Source of the DNA: Anaerolineae bacterium
GTDB lineage: Bacteria; Chloroflexota; Anaerolineae; Anaerolineales; RBG-16-64-43
Direction: 5' to 3'
Assembly (NCBI GenBank): GCA_003141675.1
Contig: PLND01000063.1
Coordinates: forward strand, 30,036-94,035
DNA length: 64,000 nucleotides
In this document: one piece after another, positions 27,068 to 36,640 of the stretch
Layout of the letters: every line of letters begins with the position of its first letter
How positions within the stretch are numbered: the first letter of the stretch is position 1
Made by a program: the position numbers and the translations under genes
The notes under the pieces: model-generated
The model's database searches: none
Told to the model about the DNA's origin: nothing
The model's input: the letters and a program-made list of their open reading frames with translations, nothing else

Positions 27068-28176
27068 AATCCGATAACCTTTCCTTCGGTCGGGATATTT
27101 TGCGTGGGAACGGGGGTGTCCGGCTCGGCCCGCTTCCACAACCGCGGGGTGGCCGCCCAGGCGATTAATCCGAGCGTGACACCGAACCACAATGTAGCCA
27201 GTCGGATCAGCAGTGTGGCTGCAGCCGCCACGGCGTGATCGGAAGTCACCGTCAGCAGCAACAAAGCGGTGATGCTGGCTTCGGCCGCGCCCAACCCCCC
27301 GGGAAGCGTCGAGGCCGATCCGACCAGGGTGGAGACCGCCAGCACGAAAATCGCGTCGGCCAGCACCGAGGCGGACGGAGGAATTCCCAACCCGAGGAGG
27401 ATCAAATAAAAACCGACCCCTTCTCCCAGCCAGGAGACGGTCCCCAGGCATACCGCAAAGAGCAAGGGACGCGGGCCCAGGAGGAGGTAGCCGGCTTCGT
27501 AAAATTCGCGCAGCGCGTGGATCTGCCCTCCAATCAGCGGCGCACGCTGAAGCAGATTCAATATCGCCAGGGCCAGCGGGCGAATTTGTGACAGCACGAC
27601 GATCGAGAGCGAGAGAAGCAAAGCGACCAGAAACGCGGGCCACAGCGCGGGAACGGCGAACACGCCGAGGGCCGAAAGGGCGAGAACTGCCAACCCATCG
27701 CTGAAGCGCTCGGCCAGGACGACCGGCAGAGCGCGCGAAAAGGCAACCTCGTTGCTCCATTCCGAGAGCCATAAGGCCTTCAAAGCTTCGCCCACTTTTC
27801 CGGGCGTTACTGCCAGGGGGAAGCCGGCCACGAAGAGGCGGGCGCTCTCGGCGGGGGATAAATCGCGAACGCCGATCCGGCGGACGTAGTAATGCCACTT
27901 GCCGAACCGCAGCACGTAGTTGAATAGCGTACACGCAAGCGCGAGGGGGAAGAATTCCCAACGAAAGCGGGAAAGAATATTCTCCAGCGAGGAAAGGTCG
28001 GACCAAAAAGCCAGGACCAGCATCACCCCGACGCCCAGGCCCAATCCGATCAGCAGACGGTTTCGCAATGTATACAAGGAGATCCTTCGACCAACCGATC
28101 CGATTTTACCGCATTCATTTTTGGAAACATTGAAAAAACTGCTCACGCTTTCCGAATTGCGGAATACCATATACAA
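27064..28176 (-). CDS. UPF0104 / lysylphosphatidylglycerol-synthase-TM-like (flippase-like) membrane protein
   Basis: About 8 TM helices. Blocks GFPLAVTPGKVGEALKA and LPGGLGAAEA are typical of the family. Confidence 0.75.
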   Translation of the reverse strand: MYMVFRNSESVSSFFNVSKNECGKIGSVGRRISLYTLRNRLLIGLGLGVGVMLVLAFWSDLSSLENILSRFRWEFFPLALACTLFNYVLRFGKWHYYVRRIGVRDLSPAESARLFVAGFPLAVTPGKVGEALKALWLSEWSNEVAFSRALPVVLAERFSDGLAVLALSALGVFAVPALWPAFLVALLLSLSIVVLSQIRPLALAILNLLQRAPLIGGQIHALREFYEAGYLLLGPRPLLFAVCLGTVSWLGEGVGFYLILLGLGIPPSASVLADAIFVLAVSTLVGSASTLPGGLGAAEASITALLLLTVTSDHAVAAAATLLIRLATLWFGVTLGLIAWAATPRLWKRAEPDTPVPTQNIPTEGKVIGL

Positions 28177-28381
28177 AAGGGCGGAATGGCTTGCCCCCTT
28201 GGGTTTTAAGAAAAACGATTAAATCCCTTTATTTGCCCGTTCCGGTCAAACCCGGTGAATATCCTCAAGGACTTGAAATAACCATAAATCCCTTTCCCGG
28301 GACGAAGGTGGATGGCGGCGGATTTCGCGGGTATAATTTCACGAACCCTTCATTATCTTTGGGATTTCCGGAGGCAAACCA

Positions 28382-28591
28382 ATGAGTCGCTTTTTCTCGT
28401 TTGTTGCAGGATCAGTAATGGGTGCCGCCGTTGGGGCGGCCATTGCGCTGCTGGTTACTCCCTACTCGGGGGAGGAGTTGCGCGAACTCGCCCGCGAAGC
28501 GGCCTATGCCCGGCGCGAGCAACTCGAGGCGCGGATGCGCGAATTGCAAAGTTCCCGGAAGCGCTCGGCGGCTCCCGAGGAAGAAGTGTAG
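28382..28591 (+). CDS. YtxH-like small membrane protein
   Basis: FVAGSVMGAAVGAAIALLVTP helix followed by a charged helical tail. TATAAT at about 28332 lies upstream. Confidence 0.6.
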   Translation: MSRFFSFVAGSVMGAAVGAAIALLVTPYSGEELRELAREAAYARREQLEARMRELQSSRKRSAAPEEEV

Positions 28592-28599
28592 GAAACACA

Positions 28600-28633
28600 A
28601 GAGACTGCGCATTGCGCAGCCTCTGATTTTTTT
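28600..28633 (+). terminator. intrinsic terminator (hairpin shared with convergent protease gene)
   Basis: 11-bp stem AGAGACTGCGC / GCGCAGCCTCT with one mismatch, followed by a T7 run 28627-28633. Confidence 0.7.
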
Positions 28634-28648
28634 ACCTATGAATCCTCG

Positions 28649-30727
28649 TTAAGAAAGAACGACGAATTGGTAAGGAGCCTTCTGGTTGGTAAACCGGGCG
28701 GTTCCGATGACAATCAGATACACCTCCTCGCCCTCCTTCGCCGTTAGGGATAGGCTGCCGGACATGCGGTCGTCGAGCGGTATCTCCTCCACCGAAGTTT
28801 GCAATCCGCGGCGCACCACCAGAACCCGGTAACTCTGCGGAAGAACGTTCTGCAGCCGGACGAACCCCTTACCGTCCCAGCCGTCCAACCCGTCTTCGAA
28901 ATCCGCCGCGTAGGATATTTCCGGTATACGGATGTTGTCGACCATCAGCCCCGCGCCGTTGACGGCGGCGTCGGTGATGTATTCAAACCGGACTAAAACA
29001 TGTTTTCCGGCATAGGCGGAGAGATCCACCTGCTCATGGATCCAAGCGGGATCGCTTCCGCCGCCGCTCTCCCCGGTCCAACCCCATCCGGAATTATTAC
29101 CCTCGGGATTGGTGCCGGTGCCGGAAGGCGTGTGCAACATCGTCCAGGTTTGCCCTCCGTCCACCGAGGCTTCCAGGTAAACGTAATCCCAATCCTTCTC
29201 GACGTCGTACCACAGGTCGTATTGCAGAGCGGCCGCGGACCCGGAGGGCAGATCGAACGCCCGGGTGAGGGTCATATCGGATTGGTCGCCGCGGTTCGAC
29301 CATGCGTAATACTTCCCATCCTGCGGATCGACCGGCAGCGCTTGTTCCTGCGTCTGCCCGGAAAAGTAGATCCTCAGCGGACCGGAACATTGTAAAAGGT
29401 AGTAATCGATGCCGTATTGGGTCACGTTGGTATTTCTTTTTTCCATGGGACAGGATCCGATTTCCTGGACGCTTTCGAGCGACGGCAGACCGGGGTAATT
29501 TTTAAACCCGTAGCGTCCGTTTTCGAAGGAAGTATCCTGCAAAAGCAGTGCGGCGGCGAAATCCGCAATGACGTCGTCGGCGGTAATCGTCCGGCCGGTG
29601 GATGGATCGGTTATGCCCAAGGTCTGCAATGTGTCGTCAATTCCAATCAAACCGTTTTTGGGGTTATGCACCAGTGCTTTGGTGGCTTCGCTGCCGAATC
29701 GGTTGAGAAAGTAATCCAGGAAAAGGAAGGACGCGCCATAGTGGGCGAAATCATTCGGGTCACTAGGATCTGTCCAAGTGTCCAACTGGAGATCGGTGTT
29801 TTGTAGGTACTCCGAGTCGGCGCCGCCGACATCGAAGCCGTTGAGCAGCACCGCCAATTCGGAAAACCCCTCGTTGACCCAGCCGTCCTCATTGGGATCC
29901 CCGTACCAATGGATCATATGCTGGAATTCGTGGGCCATCACGCTAAGCGTGTAACTATCGGTGAGATCCTGGGAGGCGTTGATATAGAACATTTCGTGTT
30001 GGTTGGAAAAGAGGTTGGCGAGCCGGGAGAACTCGTCCACTGAACTGTAATACCCGGCCACGGAATTGCCCAACCCGTTTGCGTAGAGGATATATAGGTG
30101 CACATCCCCGTCTACGCCGGGGGTCCATTCCGTTCCAAAAAATTCCCGGTCGGTGGGGTAAATGGATTTTTCAAACTTATCCACCAGGGTGCGGATGTCC
30201 CCATCGTTGGCGCTTGCGCTTTGGTCGACCCAGAAATAAACATGCGGCGTGGCGTAGCGCATGACGGCGGTGATCGAGGAATTCTTATTCGTATCCTGGT
30301 TGGAGATGAAAAAGGAAGCGACTGTTCCGACCGTCACGGGAGCTGCGTGGTCGGCCACAACGCGCGGGATGTTGGCAACCCCCTTCAGCCGTTCCGCCTG
30401 TTCCACCAGATCCCCGGCCGGCGGATCGCCTGCGAGCAAGCTTTGCAGGGTTTCCAGTGCGGAGGCTGAAACGGGATCGGAGAGATCCAACGGGAAGACC
30501 TCGGGAGTCTGGTTTTCCGCTGTCGGCGTATCGGCCGCCGTGGGATTGCCGACGGTCTCGGAGGTTGGAGCTTTCGCCGGAGGAAATGTGCTGGTATTTT
30601 GGACAGTCGGTTGCTTTTGCAGGAGAGCAAATCCGCCGATCGCGCTGCCGCCGGCGACTACCAGACAACACAAACACACAACCAGCGCCAGACAGCCCGA
30701 AAGCAGGATTTTTTGTTGATGATCCAT
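28649..30727 (-). CDS. secreted zinc metalloprotease (gluzincin; immune-inhibitor-A/M6-like C-terminal region)
   Basis: HEFQHMIHW...GWVNEGFSE (HExxH plus a downstream NEG Glu). Signal anchor after MDHQQK (ATG 30727). C-terminal block YVYLEASVDGGQTWTML. Confidence 0.85.
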   Translation of the reverse strand: MDHQQKILLSGCLALVVCLCCLVVAGGSAIGGFALLQKQPTVQNTSTFPPAKAPTSETVGNPTAADTPTAENQTPEVFPLDLSDPVSASALETLQSLLAGDPPAGDLVEQAERLKGVANIPRVVADHAAPVTVGTVASFFISNQDTNKNSSITAVMRYATPHVYFWVDQSASANDGDIRTLVDKFEKSIYPTDREFFGTEWTPGVDGDVHLYILYANGLGNSVAGYYSSVDEFSRLANLFSNQHEMFYINASQDLTDSYTLSVMAHEFQHMIHWYGDPNEDGWVNEGFSELAVLLNGFDVGGADSEYLQNTDLQLDTWTDPSDPNDFAHYGASFLFLDYFLNRFGSEATKALVHNPKNGLIGIDDTLQTLGITDPSTGRTITADDVIADFAAALLLQDTSFENGRYGFKNYPGLPSLESVQEIGSCPMEKRNTNVTQYGIDYYLLQCSGPLRIYFSGQTQEQALPVDPQDGKYYAWSNRGDQSDMTLTRAFDLPSGSAAALQYDLWYDVEKDWDYVYLEASVDGGQTWTMLHTPSGTGTNPEGNNSGWGWTGESGGGSDPAWIHEQVDLSAYAGKHVLVRFEYITDAAVNGAGLMVDNIRIPEISYAADFEDGLDGWDGKGFVRLQNVLPQSYRVLVVRRGLQTSVEEIPLDDRMSGSLSLTAKEGEEVYLIVIGTARFTNQKAPYQFVVLS

Positions 30728-30803
30728 GAAGGTATTCCTTTCGACCCCGCGGTTCGGATATTCCCTGCCAGGGGTTCGGCGGGAAGCTGCGTCCGGTTTG
30801 TAA

Positions 30804-31223
30804 TTATTGCTTTCGGCGGGAGACAGATACATCGCTCGACCGCAACCGGGCGACGCACTCGATTTCCACGGCCCCACCTTTCAACAGCGCGGCGACCTGA
30901 ACCGTCGACCGGGCAGGTGGATCCTGGTTGAAAAATTCCGCGTAAACGGAGTTCATCTGCCCAAAATCATCGAGCGACAGGAGGAACACGGTCGTCTTGA
31001 CCACATCCGCCATCGTAGCCCCGCCGGCTTCGATGAGAAGCGCGCAATTCTCAAGCGCCCTCCGGGTCTGAACCGCCGTCCCGCCCGGCGCCAGTTCTCC
31101 CGTCTGCGGATCCAACCCCAACTGTCCGGAGGTGAAGATCCAATCCCCGGATCGGATCGCGGGGGAATACGGGCCGATCGCTTTGGGGGCGCGTTCGGAA
31201 TGAACGGGTTTTTTGGGATTCAT
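30804..31223 (-). CDS. RidA/YjgF-family enamine/imine deaminase
   Basis: APKAIGPYSPAI...FTSGQLGLDP...VKTTVFL...ARSTVQVAALLKGGAVEIE. Start is MNPKK behind GGAGGA. Confidence 0.9.
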   Translation of the reverse strand: MNPKKPVHSERAPKAIGPYSPAIRSGDWIFTSGQLGLDPQTGELAPGGTAVQTRRALENCALLIEAGGATMADVVKTTVFLLSLDDFGQMNSVYAEFFNQDPPARSTVQVAALLKGGAVEIECVARLRSSDVSVSRRKQ

Positions 31224-31400
31224 CTTTCCTCCAATGGATGGACGCGGGATGTCTGCCGATAGGTTTTGGGATGGAAGGATTTTCTTGGAAACGGCGACAT
31301 CCCCCTCCATCGTGCGGGCATTATATATACCGCATCTACCGGCGTCAATCGCGTAGGGCGGACGGATATCCGCGTGCTATAATCCGAGTAGGGATTCAAC

Positions 31401-31853
31401 ATGCGAAGGGATTTCTGGCGGGACCTGTATCCGATCTCGGAAACTCGAAGGCGGTTTGCGCGCGCCTCGGCGATGTGGATTTACCTGCCGATCGGCGCCG
31501 GCGCGCTGATCGTGCTCGCCGCAGGCGCCGCGTTGATCGTGGGGAGTGCCGGGAGCGGTTTGAGCAGCTGGGCACAAATCGCCACAATCCTTTTTACCGT
31601 CCTTATGCTCGTCGCGGGATTTGCGATTTGCCTTCTTCTTCTGGCGGCAATCGGCGGACTCGAATTGTTGCTGGAAACCCTGCCTTTTTTTTCCAGCCGC
31701 GTACGATTACGGGTTGTAACCGGCGCCCGGGCAATAAGAAGAGGCCTGAACGGAATCCGGGGATCGGTTGCCTTCATGGATGGAATGTTCTTCTCCGGGG
31801 GGAAGGTCGCGAGCGATGTTTGGCGGAAATTGGGAGGAAGAAACCATGGCTAA
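31401..31853 (+). CDS. hypothetical membrane protein
   Basis: Three hydrophobic helices. TATAAT at 31378-31383 lies 17 nt upstream of the ATG. No recognised domain. Confidence 0.5.
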   Translation: MRRDFWRDLYPISETRRRFARASAMWIYLPIGAGALIVLAAGAALIVGSAGSGLSSWAQIATILFTVLMLVAGFAICLLLLAAIGGLELLLETLPFFSSRVRLRVVTGARAIRRGLNGIRGSVAFMDGMFFSGGKVASDVWRKLGGRNHG

Positions 31854-32097
31854 ATCAAAGGCTTTGGTAACACGCGGGAATAAAAATCCCCGCTTTGCGG
31901 GGGTGCTTCTGGTCGGCGGGCTGGTCGGTGCGTTGACCGGCGTCGGTGCCGCCTTTCTGTTATGGCAAGCCAGGGGGAAAAAGTCCCGAACAGCGGAAGC
32001 CGATGAGCCAATAATTTCAACGGGCGAGGCGGTGAATCTCGGGATGATCCTGTTCGGGTTGTTGCGTCAAATCAATGATATTGCCCGGGGGAAATAG
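31846..32097 (+). CDS. hypothetical small membrane protein
   Basis: ATG 31846 behind GGGAGGA. MAKSKALVTRGNKNPRFAGVLLVGGLVGALTGVGAAFLLW. Overlaps the previous stop by 8 nt. Confidence 0.5.
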   Translation: MAKSKALVTRGNKNPRFAGVLLVGGLVGALTGVGAAFLLWQARGKKSRTAEADEPIISTGEAVNLGMILFGLLRQINDIARGK

Positions 32098-32119
32098 CAG
32101 CGGTACACCGCCGTGCCCA

Positions 32120-32608
32120 TCATCCCCAGAGAACCCACAACACCCAGACTCCCATCATGACCAGGCCGATAAAAAATTTAAACCCGTAGGAAATCCCGCA
32201 GCCCGCCACGGCCGTTCCAGTGGACACGATGGCCTTCTTCCATGTTCGACGACGGCGGTACTCCAGCAGGGTCAACCCCAAGAGCGCGAGCAGGATCCCG
32301 ACCAGCGGGGTAAACAGAATCGAACCGGCCACTAAAAGCGCAAACCCCGCCAGCGTGGAGAGGAACGAAGTGCCGGTGGCCCGCAGACCGAGGCCGGTGA
32401 TCCAAATGTCGGAAGAAATGCCCAGGAGCAACAGAGCGGTAATGGCCAGAAATGCGGCCGCTCCGCCCCAGGAAAAACCGTGGAAGATGCCGTACCCCAG
32501 CGCGGCGAGCCAAACCAGCTCGATCCCGGGCAGGATGGGAAGAAACACTCCCACCAACCCGATCAGCATGACCAGAATAACGACGTACAACAGAATCAGT
32601 TCGCTCAT
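32120..32608 (-). CDS. DUF456-family membrane protein
   Basis: MSELILLYVVILVMLIGLVGVFLPILPG... has the DUF456-like layout. The longer ORF start (32728) adds a non-hydrophobic leader and is less likely. Confidence 0.7.
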   Translation of the reverse strand: MSELILLYVVILVMLIGLVGVFLPILPGIELVWLAALGYGIFHGFSWGGAAAFLAITALLLLGISSDIWITGLGLRATGTSFLSTLAGFALLVAGSILFTPLVGILLALLGLTLLEYRRRRTWKKAIVSTGTAVAGCGISYGFKFFIGLVMMGVWVLWVLWG

Positions 32609-32727
32609 GGGAGAGGCGGCGCCCCAGCGGGGAAGGGAGGAAAGCCCTTTCCCCTCGAAAGTCCGTCGGTGGAAAAAATTATAACGTACGTCGACGGGTT
32701 CGGGAGTCGCCGAGTCGGGAGGTTGCA

Positions 32728-33522
32728 ATGAAAGTCGTCGTGATCACCGGAAGCACGCGGGGCATCGGGTTCGGTCTGGCGCGCGAGCTCCTGCGGCGCG
32801 ATTGCGGGATCGTTATTTCCGGACGAAAAGCCGATCGCGTGGGATGGGCCGTGGCCGAACTGGCGGCCGAATTCGGGAGCAACTGCATTTTCGGCCAACC
32901 GTGCGACGTGACCGACTTCGCCTCCGTGCAGGCGCTGTGGGATGCGGCCGCCAAGCGTTTTGGGCGGATCGACATCTGGATCAACAACGCGGGCATCAGC
33001 CACCGCCAGATCGATCTGGCCGCGATCCCGTCGGAGGACCTGCAGGCCGTAGTAAACACCAACATTCTGGGAACCCTCTATGGCGCGTCGGTGGCGATGC
33101 GCGGGATGCGCGCCCAGGGCGGCGGAGCAATCTACAACCTGGAGGGTCTCGGCAGCGATGGGCGCCACATGCGCGGGCTCAACCTATATGGGATGACCAA
33201 ATACGCCGTGACCTATCTCACCGATGGCCTCGCGCAGGAGGCGAAGGGCAGCGGCGTAATCGTTGGTGCCATCCGTCCGGGTATGGTCCTGACCGAACTC
33301 ATCACCGCGCAATACACCGGACGGGACGAGGATTGGCGCCGGATGCGGCGCGTATTCAGCATCATTGCCTCGGATGTGAAGGACGTCGCCCCATGGGTAG
33401 CCGAGCGAGTGACTGCCAACCATCGCAACGGGGCAAGAATCCAGTACGGAGGGATGCTGCGAATACTGGGAAGGATGATTACCTCCCGCTTCGGCGGGAG
33501 AAAATCGGATCAGACTCCCTGA
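32728..33522 (+). CDS. short-chain dehydrogenase/reductase (SDR)
   Basis: TGSTRGIG cofactor motif, NNAG and a YGMTK catalytic Y-x3-K. Confidence 0.9.
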   Translation: MKVVVITGSTRGIGFGLARELLRRDCGIVISGRKADRVGWAVAELAAEFGSNCIFGQPCDVTDFASVQALWDAAAKRFGRIDIWINNAGISHRQIDLAAIPSEDLQAVVNTNILGTLYGASVAMRGMRAQGGGAIYNLEGLGSDGRHMRGLNLYGMTKYAVTYLTDGLAQEAKGSGVIVGAIRPGMVLTELITAQYTGRDEDWRRMRRVFSIIASDVKDVAPWVAERVTANHRNGARIQYGGMLRILGRMITSRFGGRKSDQTP

Positions 33523-33592
33523 CCATAATCTTCTTTTAATTGTTCCATGGGCTGGTATAAAGGAATAAGGGGGTTGAATACAGGTAAGTCCT

Positions 33593-36163
33593 ATGCCTAT
33601 CGATTCGATCGTCCGCACGCTCCGCTCCGATCCGCGCTTTGCGCCCAACATCACTGCCTGGGAGCGAATCCCCCCGCGCGAACCCCTCCTCGTCCCGCCG
33701 CCGGATGGTTTGCGCTCTGATTTGCGCGAGGGACTGCGCGCCCGCGGGATCGACCGGTTGTATGCGCACCAGGCCGAGGCGGTGGAAGCCGCGCTGCGCG
33801 GCGAAAACGTGGTCCTCGCCACCGGCACCGCATCCGGAAAAACGCTCGCTTATAATCTTCCGATTCTTCAAGCGTGGCTCGAGGATCCCTCCGCAACGGC
33901 TATTTATCTATTTCCAACGAAGGCGCTCGCCCAGGATCAGGCGGCGGAACTCGCGCGCTGGGAGAATGTTCTGGATGCAGGCGAGCTTGGTGTCCGGCTC
34001 TACGACGGCGATACGCCGCAATCCCGCCGCGCCGATACCCGCCGCAGCGCGCGGCTGCTCGTCACCAACCCCGACATGCTCCACCTCGGAATTCTTCCCC
34101 ACCATACCCGCTGGGCGGAATTCCTCTCGCATTTGCAATATGTTGTGCTCGACGAGCTGCACGTCTACCGCGGCGTGTTCGGATCGCACATGGCCAACGT
34201 CCTCCGGCGGCTGCGCCGCGTGTGCGCTTTCTACGCCGCCTCCGGAGGACAAACCGGACCGCAGTTCCTGGCCTCCTCGGCCACCATCGCCAATCCGCGC
34301 GAACTGGCCGAGCGGTTGACCGGCGCGCCGGTGACCGCGATCGAGCGCGACTCCTCGCCGCGCGCCGCCAAACATCTGATCCTGTACAACCCGCCGCTGG
34401 CGGATCCATCGCTCGGAATTCGGAAATCCTACATTCGCGAGTCGCAGGAACTGGCGATGCGGCTCATCCGCGCCGGCGTGCAGACGGCGGTTTTCGCCCG
34501 CACCCGGCGGACGGTGGAACTGCTGCTGGGTTTTCTGCGCGAGCAGTGCGCGGCGGAGGGCCTCGACCCGCAATCGGTGCGCGGCTATCGCGCCGGATAC
34601 CTGCCGGAGGAGCGCCGCGCGATCGAGGCCGGGTTGCGCGGCGGGATTGTGCGCTGCGTGGTAGCCACCAGCGCCTTGGAACTCGGCGTCGATATCGGTA
34701 CGTTGGGAGCGGCGGTGATCGCCGGGTATCCCGGGACTGTGGCTTCCTTCTGGCAACAGGCCGGCCGCGCCGGACGCCGCGAGGAAGAATCGCTCGCGAT
34801 CCTGGTGGCCTCACCCGACCCGCTCGATCAATTTCTGATGGCGCATCCGGAGTTTCTGCTCGGCCGGTCGCCCGAGCACGCGCGGATCAACCCCGACAAC
34901 CTGGCCATCCTGGCCGGACATCTGCGCTGCTCGGCGTTCGAAATGCCGTTTTCCCGCGGCGAACTTTTCGGCTCGGAGAACGTGGACGAACTGCTCGCGG
35001 CGCTGGCGGAGGAAGGCGAATTGCACCGTTCGGAAAGCGGGGAAGTTTCCTGGGTGGGCGAAGACTATCCGGCCGCCGCGATCAGCCTGCGCACGGCGGG
35101 AACCGACCGCGTGGTGGTGCAGGTGGTCGAAGACGGCCGGCCGCGGATGATCGGCGAGGTGGACCGCAGCGCGGCGCCGTCGTGGGTGCATGCGGATGCG
35201 ATCTACCTTCATGAGGGGCGCACCTATTTCGTCGACTCGCTGGATTGGGAGGCGGGGATCGCCCTCGCCCGGCCGATCGAGACGGATTATTACACGCAGG
35301 CCTCACTATCGGTGGACCTCGACGTGCTGGCCGCGCGCGATTCCAGCGAGGGCGGCGTGTTGCGGCGCGCCTGGGGCGACTTGCGTGTCCGCTCGCAGGC
35401 GGTTGCCTTCCGCCAGCTGCGCCGGTCGACGGGCGAAACGATCGGCAACGGCGAGATCGATCTGCCGGCGAACGAATTTACGACGGTCGGCTGCTGGTTA
35501 TGGATCGCGCCGGAGAGCGTACGGGATTTCGAAGGAGAAGCGCGCGAGATCCTCGCGCTGACCCTGCCGAACGATTACGGGGCCTCGTGGCCGGAAGCGC
35601 GCAGCGCCGCCCGGGAGCGCGACGGCTTCCGCTGCACGCATTGCGGCGCTCCCGAGCCGGAGGGACGCGAACACGACGTGCACCACCGCATCCCTTTCCG
35701 CTCGTTTGGATATCTCCCGGGTCGGAACGAGGAGCATCTGCGGGCCAACGCGCTCGAGAATCTGACCACGCTGTGCGCCGCGTGCCACCAGCGGGTCGAA
35801 GCGCAGCAGGGGACGCACACCGCGCTGGGAGGACTGGCGAACGCGCTGCACAACCTGGCGCCGCTGCTTCTGATGTGCGATGCGCGCGACCTGGGAGTAT
35901 CGGTGGACTTGCGCGGGAAAGAGACCGGCGGACCCACGGTGATGTTTTACGACAACCTGCCGGAAGGATTGGGCCTCTCAGAGGAACTCTATGCATCCCT
36001 GCCGGATCTCTTGGCATCCGCAGCGGCACTGATCCGCGATTGCCCTTGCCAATTCGGCTGTCCGGCGTGCGTCGGTCCGGTCGCCCCGGGCGCCGGCCCG
36101 GTCAAGCGCGCTGCGAGAAGGTTGGCGGAGATACTGGGAGAAAGGAAAAAGAAATCAGATTAA
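33593..36163 (+). CDS. COG1205/MrfA-like DEXH-box helicase with DUF1998 zinc domain carrying an embedded HNH nuclease motif
   Basis: Motif I ATGTASGKT, motif II VLDELH and motif VI QQAGRAGRR. C-terminal Cys cluster DCPCQFGCPAC. HNH signature CTHCG...HDVHHRIPF...NLTTLCAACHQRVE at nt 35627-35800. Confidence 0.9.
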   Translation: MPIDSIVRTLRSDPRFAPNITAWERIPPREPLLVPPPDGLRSDLREGLRARGIDRLYAHQAEAVEAALRGENVVLATGTASGKTLAYNLPILQAWLEDPSATAIYLFPTKALAQDQAAELARWENVLDAGELGVRLYDGDTPQSRRADTRRSARLLVTNPDMLHLGILPHHTRWAEFLSHLQYVVLDELHVYRGVFGSHMANVLRRLRRVCAFYAASGGQTGPQFLASSATIANPRELAERLTGAPVTAIERDSSPRAAKHLILYNPPLADPSLGIRKSYIRESQELAMRLIRAGVQTAVFARTRRTVELLLGFLREQCAAEGLDPQSVRGYRAGYLPEERRAIEAGLRGGIVRCVVATSALELGVDIGTLGAAVIAGYPGTVASFWQQAGRAGRREEESLAILVASPDPLDQFLMAHPEFLLGRSPEHARINPDNLAILAGHLRCSAFEMPFSRGELFGSENVDELLAALAEEGELHRSESGEVSWVGEDYPAAAISLRTAGTDRVVVQVVEDGRPRMIGEVDRSAAPSWVHADAIYLHEGRTYFVDSLDWEAGIALARPIETDYYTQASLSVDLDVLAARDSSEGGVLRRAWGDLRVRSQAVAFRQLRRSTGETIGNGEIDLPANEFTTVGCWLWIAPESVRDFEGEAREILALTLPNDYGASWPEARSAARERDGFRCTHCGAPEPEGREHDVHHRIPFRSFGYLPGRNEEHLRANALENLTTLCAACHQRVEAQQGTHTALGGLANALHNLAPLLLMCDARDLGVSVDLRGKETGGPTVMFYDNLPEGLGLSEELYASLPDLLASAAALIRDCPCQFGCPACVGPVAPGAGPVKRAARRLAEILGERKKKSD

Positions 36164-36640
36164 TATTTTCTTTTCGTGATACAAAAATGACAACCGATCG
36201 GGAATATCTTCTTTGGATTTGGACAACTTTTTACAGGCTTGTCGAATGCTTGAGACGACGTTCTCTTCGTCATGCAATATTTCCTCATTCGAGATATGGA
36301 TCACGCGAAGTCCCAAGGATTCCAAGAATCGATCTCGTTCCAAATCCATATCTTTTTGGTTTAAGTGAATATCTCCGTCCGCTTCGATAACCAGACGTGC
36401 TGTATAGCAGATGAAATCTACAATATAGGGGCCAAGGACAACTTGCCTTCGAAAATGCAATCCATCCAGCCGGTGAGCCCGCAACCTATTCCATAATCGT
36501 TTTTCCGCTTTCGTTGGATTTTTTCGAAATTCCTTCGATAAACGGATTTTGTCATGGTTTGTCTGATGAGTAAAGATAATTGGCATAATACTGTTTGGTG
36601 TCCCCCTTTTTGAAATATTCCGATCTTCAAACAATATCAC
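36155..36640 (-). CDS. DUF559 (Vsr-like PD-(D/E)xK) endonuclease-domain protein
   Basis: NPTKAEKRLWNRLR...LHFRRQVVLGPYIVDFICYTARLVIEADGDIH. GC is about 30-45% by spot count, against over 60% in neighbours. Alternative ATG at 36586 (MPIIFTHQ). The 3' end overlaps the helicase stop by 9 nt. Confidence 0.85.
   Translation of the reverse strand: MILFEDRNISKRGTPNSIMPIIFTHQTNHDKIRLSKEFRKNPTKAEKRLWNRLRAHRLDGLHFRRQVVLGPYIVDFICYTARLVIEADGDIHLNQKDMDLERDRFLESLGLRVIHISNEEILHDEENVVSSIRQACKKLSKSKEDIPDRLSFLYHEKKILI

Noticed and set aside
27068-28006. N-terminal about 310 aa of the 533-aa ORF 26405-28006 (-)
   Set aside because: This part is out of frame with, and fully inside, the UPF0104 membrane-protein gene. 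Only the C-terminal 220 aa (from MKNFIRADFHAH) form the PHP protein, which starts at an ATGA overlap.
33874-35214. 446-aa ORF (+), and 33908-34756 (-), overlapping the helicase gene
   Set aside because: Out-of-frame or antisense Arg/Pro-rich shadows of the helicase CDS.
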